IMG/VR virus record: IMGVR_UViG_3300037312_001491
Location: 24,096 to 88,095 of that record
Strand: one strand, 5' to 3'
Source: a virus
Lineage: Duplodnaviria; Caudoviricetes
Length of the DNA: 64,000 nt
Position 1 is the first letter of the stretch; each line of letters starts with the position of its first letter. Below the pieces are notes generated by a model. It was given only the letters and a program-made list of their open reading frames with translations. It was not told the DNA's origin and made no database searches. Positions 59,058 through 64,000 of this stretch are shown here, one piece after another. The translations under genes and the position numbers were made by a program.

Positions 59058-60934
59058 GCCGCGACCTTCCACCCGGCGTGGAGCTTCTGGACCGAGCCCA
59101 TCGTCCGCTGCACGTAGAGCGCGCGGCGGAGCGCGTCGTCGGTAGCGGCGCGGACCTCGGGCGTGTGGCGGTACAGCCACGCCGTGATGACCTGCGCCTC
59201 CTGGCCGATGCGCGACAGCCGGCCGAGCAGCTGCTCCCAGCCCACCGCGCTCGCAGGGGGCTGCGTGACGATCTGCGTCTTGAACAGGCGCTGGAGGCCG
59301 TCGCGACCGGTGCCGTGGCTGGCGATCGACGCGATGATGGTGCGGTCGCCGCGTTCCTTCGCGATGCGCTTGCCGGCGTCCGGGCCGCCGCCGTGGAGCG
59401 GGAACCCCGACAGCTCAGCGACCCACGCGCCGAACGCCACCGTCTGGTACCAGATGATGCCGCGCTCCTGCGCACCCCACGCCGCGGCGTCGGCGGCGAG
59501 GAACGGGTCGACGCGGACGGACTCGGTCAGCGGTTTGACGGTGCCGCGCACGGCGGCCCACCGCGGCCACGTCTCGGCCTTCCACATGGGCGCGCTCGGG
59601 TTGACGGCTGCGGACTCGATCGGCGTGCCGTCGTCGTCGTAGTCGAGGATGTTGCCCTGGCTGCCCCACGCGCGCGCGGCCGCGTTGGCGCACAGCAGCG
59701 GCGAGTCCAGATGCGGCTCGCGGCGGGCGAGCTTCTGGCGCAGCTCGCGGCGCCACGCCTTGCGCGCGGCCAGCCACTCATCGATCTGCGAGTCGGTCTC
59801 TCCGTTCTCGAACCGCCAGCGCAGGTAGAGCCCACACGCCAGCTCGCGGGCACACCGCGCCACGGCCAACGCGTCGACCAGTTCCTCACCGTCGGGGCGG
59901 AGCCACAGCGCGCGCAGCTGCGCGAGGTGGTCACGGACGACCACTGGCATGTGCGGTGGCGGCCTCTCCAGGATCTCCATCTCTGCGTCGATCGACGCAC
60001 CCTTGGTTGCGACGAAGCCCGGCGTCCACACGAGCCGGCGGTGGAACGCGTCCTGGATGTGCTCGTCGGGGTCGGCGAGCGCGAGCAGCGCACCCGGCGG
60101 AGCGACGAAGTCCTCCGGGTTGATGGCCGTGCCCCACTCGTCGACGACGTCGGGGTCGCGCGGCAGAGGCGAACCATCGCCGAGCGCGAAGTCGCAGTGG
60201 TGCGCGTAGTCCTGGATCTCGTCGTTGGTCAGCGTGCCGCTCCATACCGCGAACCGGCAGTTCGGGTGCGCCGCGGCGAACCGCAGGTAGCGGCCGGACC
60301 GCGTGCTCGTCATCGAGGCGAGGTTCTGCGCCTCGTCGACGATGAGCAGGTCGGGCTTGAGCACGTCGAGGAACACGGTCGCTTCGGCGAGCTGGAACCG
60401 CGAGTACGGCATCACGTGCACTACCGGAGCGCCGGGGACGACGCGCGTCTTAGGCGCCTTGAGGCCAGCGTGGAACTGCATCATCGGCACGCGGAAGTGC
60501 TCTGCCACGAGGTCGTACTCCAGCGCGAGCTGGTCCACGAGCGTCGACGGCACGAGCAGCACGGCGCACTGGCAGTTCTGGAACGCCATCGCCGCGAGGA
60601 TGTCGAGGAACGTCTTGCCCGAGCCGACGCCGAGCTGGCCGACCAGACCGCCGACCGTCGCCATCTCGTGCATCGCCCACGCCTGCGCGTAGTTCGGCTC
60701 CTTGATGCACGGCTTGGGGATGACGTGGGCGTCGTCCTGGATGCGCCGGCAGCGGCAGGTCCGTGGACCTCGCCCGTACTTCGCGACCACGTGGTCGATC
60801 AGCGCCTGGGCGCGGGCCGTGTTCGGTTCGACCGGCGGCCGCTTGGGCAGCGCCAGGATGCGCGCCAGGTCTGGCGACGGTCGAACCGGAGGCTTTCCGC
60901 CGGTGAACAGCGAGGCGATGGGGCGGGACGACAC
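59054..60934 (-). CDS. SF2 (SNF2-like) helicase
   Basis: GVGSGKT, IVDEAQ, SGT, GTGRDGLQ, EQLLGRLSRIGQ. Confidence 0.85.
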   Translation of the reverse strand: MSSRPIASLFTGGKPPVRPSPDLARILALPKRPPVEPNTARAQALIDHVVAKYGRGPRTCRCRRIQDDAHVIPKPCIKEPNYAQAWAMHEMATVGGLVGQLGVGSGKTFLDILAAMAFQNCQCAVLLVPSTLVDQLALEYDLVAEHFRVPMMQFHAGLKAPKTRVVPGAPVVHVMPYSRFQLAEATVFLDVLKPDLLIVDEAQNLASMTSTRSGRYLRFAAAHPNCRFAVWSGTLTNDEIQDYAHHCDFALGDGSPLPRDPDVVDEWGTAINPEDFVAPPGALLALADPDEHIQDAFHRRLVWTPGFVATKGASIDAEMEILERPPPHMPVVVRDHLAQLRALWLRPDGEELVDALAVARCARELACGLYLRWRFENGETDSQIDEWLAARKAWRRELRQKLARREPHLDSPLLCANAAARAWGSQGNILDYDDDGTPIESAAVNPSAPMWKAETWPRWAAVRGTVKPLTESVRVDPFLAADAAAWGAQERGIIWYQTVAFGAWVAELSGFPLHGGGPDAGKRIAKERGDRTIIASIASHGTGRDGLQRLFKTQIVTQPPASAVGWEQLLGRLSRIGQEAQVITAWLYRHTPEVRAATDDALRRALYVQRTMGSVQKLHAGWKVAA

Positions 60935-60964
60935 TCGGTCAGTTGTACCAGGCGGAGAGCCTGG

Positions 60965-61432
60965 TCACCGGATCGGCGAGGTCTGGATCCGCGAGAACAG
61001 GGAGCCCGGGTTGTCCTCGGTGCTGCTCGCCAGCTCGGCGAGGTACGGGGCGGCCTTGTCCTTGTCTCCGTCGTCGCCATGCTCGTCGGGGTCAACCCAC
61101 TCGGTGACGCGGGCCTCGACCTCGACGTTCTTCATGCCGCCACCGTCGCGCTTCTGGACCACCTGACGCTTGACCTCGGTCCGGCGCTCGCGGATCTCCA
61201 TGTCGGCGTCGCGGAACGCGCGGACGTCGGTGAAGACAGCGCGGAGGTTGTCCTTGCTACCCTCGTAGAACCGCAGGCAGACGCGGCCGTCGGAGCTTCC
61301 GCCCTTGCCGGAGAACGGCACCACCGGTCCGAACGTGAGCTTCCACGTCTCCGGCACCGTGATACGGCGAAGGTCTCCGTTGAGCAGCTCCAGGATGTAC
61401 GTCTTCTGACCCTTCTTCTTCTCGGTCTTCAT
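60965..61432 (-). CDS. hypothetical protein (155 aa)
   Basis: GAGAGG RBS; ITVP..WKLTFGP, LRFYE. Confidence 0.65.
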   Translation of the reverse strand: MKTEKKKGQKTYILELLNGDLRRITVPETWKLTFGPVVPFSGKGGSSDGRVCLRFYEGSKDNLRAVFTDVRAFRDADMEIRERRTEVKRQVVQKRDGGGMKNVEVEARVTEWVDPDEHGDDGDKDKAAPYLAELASSTEDNPGSLFSRIQTSPIR

Positions 61433-61442
61433 AGCTTTCCTC

Positions 61443-61583
61443 TCACTTCTTGGTGACCCGCTTGCCGCGTGAGCGGTACAGCGGTTGCGTGATGACATCG
61501 CGCGCGGCGATGAGCTTCTTCTGCGTCGCTCGCCACCAGCCGTCGGGCTTGCCGAGGTGGTCGTGCGGGTGATCCGGCTTCAC
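61443..61583 (-). CDS. small hypothetical protein (46 aa)
   Basis: GAGG RBS, GTGA coupling. Confidence 0.45.
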   Translation of the reverse strand: MKPDHPHDHLGKPDGWWRATQKKLIAARDVITQPLYRSRGKRVTKK

Positions 61584-61822
61584 AGCGACCTCTGGATCCC
61601 GAACGGCGACGGGAAGTGCATCATCACGAGCCACAGGTAGCCGCGCTTGCGAGCCTCCTGCCACTTGATGGCCTTGCCGACGCGGCGGGCGGCGTCGAAC
61701 GCGTGGCGCGTCGCGCGCGAGAGGTCCTCGCGCTTGAACGGCATCCCGCGCAGGGGGAGCTTGAGCTTGCCGGGGGTCGGCGCCGGTTCCGCCGGCGCGT
61801 CGGGGGCGGTCTCGTCGCTCAC
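61580..61822 (-). CDS. hypothetical protein (80 aa)
   Basis: GTG 61822 overlapping the nuclease stop. Confidence 0.5.
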   Translation of the reverse strand: MSDETAPDAPAEPAPTPGKLKLPLRGMPFKREDLSRATRHAFDAARRVGKAIKWQEARKRGYLWLVMMHFPSPFGIQRSL

Positions 61823-63780
61823 CGCACGCCCCAGATGACCTCGCCGCCCATCTCGCGGACGCGGAGGCTCAGGCCCTCGGCGATGGCGAGCATGACGGAC
61901 GAGAAGCGAGCCGAGAGAGAGTACGCGCCCGGGGGCAGCGGCGAGAGCTTCTCGTCGCGGCACCAGGCCACGAGCGCGCCCTTCCACTTGTCGTAGCCGA
62001 TGGCGCTGTCCTCGGCGCCGCAGCGGATGTCGATCGCTCCCCACTTCTTGGCGAGCTTGTCGGCCTGCTCCTGCGCCCAGTCGTTGAGCGACGCCGTCTT
62101 GCGGTTGGTCGCGCAGTCGATGTAGAGGACGAACTGCTCCGGATCCGAGTCAGCCGTCTGACCGGCGCCGGCGCCCTCGGTCGCCTCGGCGGCTGCCTTC
62201 GCGGCACGCGAGGCGCGGGGCTTCTTCGCGGGCGCGGTGGGCGGCGTGGTCGTGCCGGCAGCCGGCATCTGCTCGGGCTTCGCGGCCGTCATCGGGTCGG
62301 GCGGCGTCGACGCCTTCGGGACGAACGGCGGCATCGTCTCCTGCGCCGCCTGGGTGGTCGTCTCGGCGAACGTGGCGGCCGGTGCACCGACCTGCGCGGC
62401 GAGTGCCGGATCACTGGCCGGGGCATCCGGCGGGATCGGCGACACGCGCGGACCGGCAGCGGCGTCCTTCGCCAGCTCGCCAGCGAGCGCCGACACAGCC
62501 AGCGGGTCGTCGATCTCGACGTACGAGATCTCGCCCTGACCCGGGAACACGGCGTCCGGGGCGACCGCCTGGCCGCCCATCGCCGCGTACGCCTGCGCGG
62601 CCGCGCCGAACAGCTTGGGGAAGCCACGGTTGAACGCGCGGACGGCGCTGCACGCCTGGTCGAAGCCGGCAGGGACCAGGGCCTTGAGCCTGGCGGCGCG
62701 CTCCTCCATCTCCAGGCGCTGACGCTCGGCCGCGATCTCGGCAGCCGACGGGCCCTGCGGAGCGGCCTGGGGCGGGCGGAGCATACTCCCCGTCTGCGCG
62801 GGGGCGGGGGCGGGCTGGGTGTTCTGAGCGGGGGCGCCGGCGTTGGCGCGGTTGAGGAGCGATGCCACGGGGATGATCCTTTGGTCGGGGTTCTTGAGGG
62901 ACTCGGTCGCGGTCACGCCCGCGATAGCGGCGAACGTCTTCTTGCGCGGAGCCGAGCAGTACGGGCGATGCGGGCAGCCACCGAACTTGTCGCAAGCGTC
63001 GGTGTTGGCGTCGACCGTCTCGGGATCCGTGCACTGAGCTGCACGCTGCATAGTACGCGCGACGCCGGTGGCATGTTCCACCTGCGCCTGGATCTGCTCC
63101 CTGGTCACCAGGGTCGTCACCTTGCGGGGGCGGCCGCGCTCTACGAAGTAGCCGTGCGACAGGCGGACGTACGGGGTCTCCGGGCGCACCAGGAACACCC
63201 ACTCGCCGTAGCAGGCCATCTGCGTGGTCTCGCGCAGCTGGTCGGGCGTCTTGAGGTACTTGTCACCGCCGACGAACTTCCAGTCGCACACCTCGATGGT
63301 GCCGTCCGGGTCACGCTGGTCGGTCTCGTAGCCGTCCGCGCCGCGGTTGATGCCGCGGCCGTGCGAGAGGTCGAGCTGCCCGAGCACGCCGACGCCGGCG
63401 AGCTTGAGCGGCGCGTTGGCGAGCAGCGACGGCGAGTGCGCCTCGGTCAGCGGCTCGGGGTACGCGACGCCGGGACGCAGGAGCAGCTCCCACTCGACGA
63501 GCAGGTCCGGTCCCGGGTCGAGCAGCATGTGCGCGCCGCGCGCGACCATCGGCGAGAACGAACGGTCGCCGTACTGCTCGTAGCGAGCGACCTGCGCGTG
63601 CCCCTCGACGCCGCGTGCCTGCCACGGACTCTCGGGCGTCTTGCGGCCGTCGATCTTCTCGTACCACCACTTCCGGCCGCACGTGTCAGCCGACTCGATG
63701 GCCGAGACAGACAGGAACCGCAGCTCGCGCGTCTTGGGGTCAACTGCGCGGCCGTGGATCCACTTCTTGTCGCCAGGCAC
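61819..63780 (-). CDS. PD-(D/E)XK (RecB/Cas4-like) exonuclease with long C-terminal extension
   Basis: LSVSAI...C.RKWW, GQLDL, EVCDWKF, QMACY, C..FGGCP.R..C; Ala/Pro-rich linker. Confidence 0.8.
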   Translation of the reverse strand: MPGDKKWIHGRAVDPKTRELRFLSVSAIESADTCGRKWWYEKIDGRKTPESPWQARGVEGHAQVARYEQYGDRSFSPMVARGAHMLLDPGPDLLVEWELLLRPGVAYPEPLTEAHSPSLLANAPLKLAGVGVLGQLDLSHGRGINRGADGYETDQRDPDGTIEVCDWKFVGGDKYLKTPDQLRETTQMACYGEWVFLVRPETPYVRLSHGYFVERGRPRKVTTLVTREQIQAQVEHATGVARTMQRAAQCTDPETVDANTDACDKFGGCPHRPYCSAPRKKTFAAIAGVTATESLKNPDQRIIPVASLLNRANAGAPAQNTQPAPAPAQTGSMLRPPQAAPQGPSAAEIAAERQRLEMEERAARLKALVPAGFDQACSAVRAFNRGFPKLFGAAAQAYAAMGGQAVAPDAVFPGQGEISYVEIDDPLAVSALAGELAKDAAAGPRVSPIPPDAPASDPALAAQVGAPAATFAETTTQAAQETMPPFVPKASTPPDPMTAAKPEQMPAAGTTTPPTAPAKKPRASRAAKAAAEATEGAGAGQTADSDPEQFVLYIDCATNRKTASLNDWAQEQADKLAKKWGAIDIRCGAEDSAIGYDKWKGALVAWCRDEKLSPLPPGAYSLSARFSSVMLAIAEGLSLRVREMGGEVIWGVR

Positions 63781-63783
63781 CGG

Positions 63784-63939
63784 CTAGCCGCACACCTCGG
63801 TCGAGAACACCCACTGGCGGAGGTCCGGTCGGCCGGGGACGAAGAGGACGCTGGAGATGTGAACCTCCTTGCGCTTGAGCTTGGCCTTCGCGGTCTCGCG
63901 GGCCTCGATGCTGGTCTGTGCGATGACGGTGGTCTTCAT
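63784..63939 (-). CDS. small hypothetical protein (51 aa)
   Basis: Read manually: MKTTVIAQTSIEARETAKAKLK...; GC3-rich. Confidence 0.5.
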   Translation of the reverse strand: MKTTVIAQTSIEARETAKAKLKRKEVHISSVLFVPGRPDLRQWVFSTEVCG

Positions 63940-64000
63940 GTTCGGTTCCAGGTGTGGTGACAGTCGCGGCAGAAGTAGTCGGTGATGGGGGCAGTCGGGT

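Noticed and set aside
61819-63780. Cas4-like nuclease suggesting CRISPR
   Set aside because: No repeat-spacer array or other cas genes; context with helicase and SSB indicates recombination.
1-64000. tRNA, rRNA, integrase, attachment site, IS or intron/intein
   Set aside because: None recognised by eye. A tRNAscan/Infernal run would be needed to exclude small RNAs, and lifestyle cannot be determined from this window.

Overview
A 64 kb segment of a very GC-rich tailed dsDNA phage with a contractile tail (myovirus morphotype). A myxobacteria-like host is only an inference from base composition, sigma54-type sites and an ECF sigma factor. Layout: (i) 1-5343, leftward small early-type genes; (ii) 5457-11421, rightward early genes including RadC/JAB and rIIA/rIIB; (iii) 11470-39148, a head-neck-tail-baseplate module (DUF1073-type portal, MuF, DUF2213 protease/scaffold, capsid, sheath, tube, frameshifted chaperone, tape measure, baseplate, fibres); (iv) 39153-46060, lysis and nucleotide genes plus an ECF sigma factor; (v) 45968-64000, a leftward replication/recombination arm (RuvC-like, oligoribonuclease, PolA, SSB-like, helicase, PD-(D/E)XK nuclease). 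No terminase, integrase, tRNA, rRNA or CRISPR array was recognised. The most striking feature is a modular head-cargo locus at 11470-20120. The portal is fused to an R-S-E ADP-ribosyltransferase. Four modules each follow an R-x-D-(D/Y)...PR...G(K/E)W tag. Domains inserted into MuF and the protease are bracketed by R-x-D. A 49-codon ORF is nested out of frame inside an uninterrupted ORF. Also notable: sigma54-like -24/-12 elements at late genes, leaderless sigma70-like early promoters, and a lipoprotein-signal-bearing fibre-like gene beside a split baseplate wedge gene. All family calls come from motif recognition by eye, not database searches.
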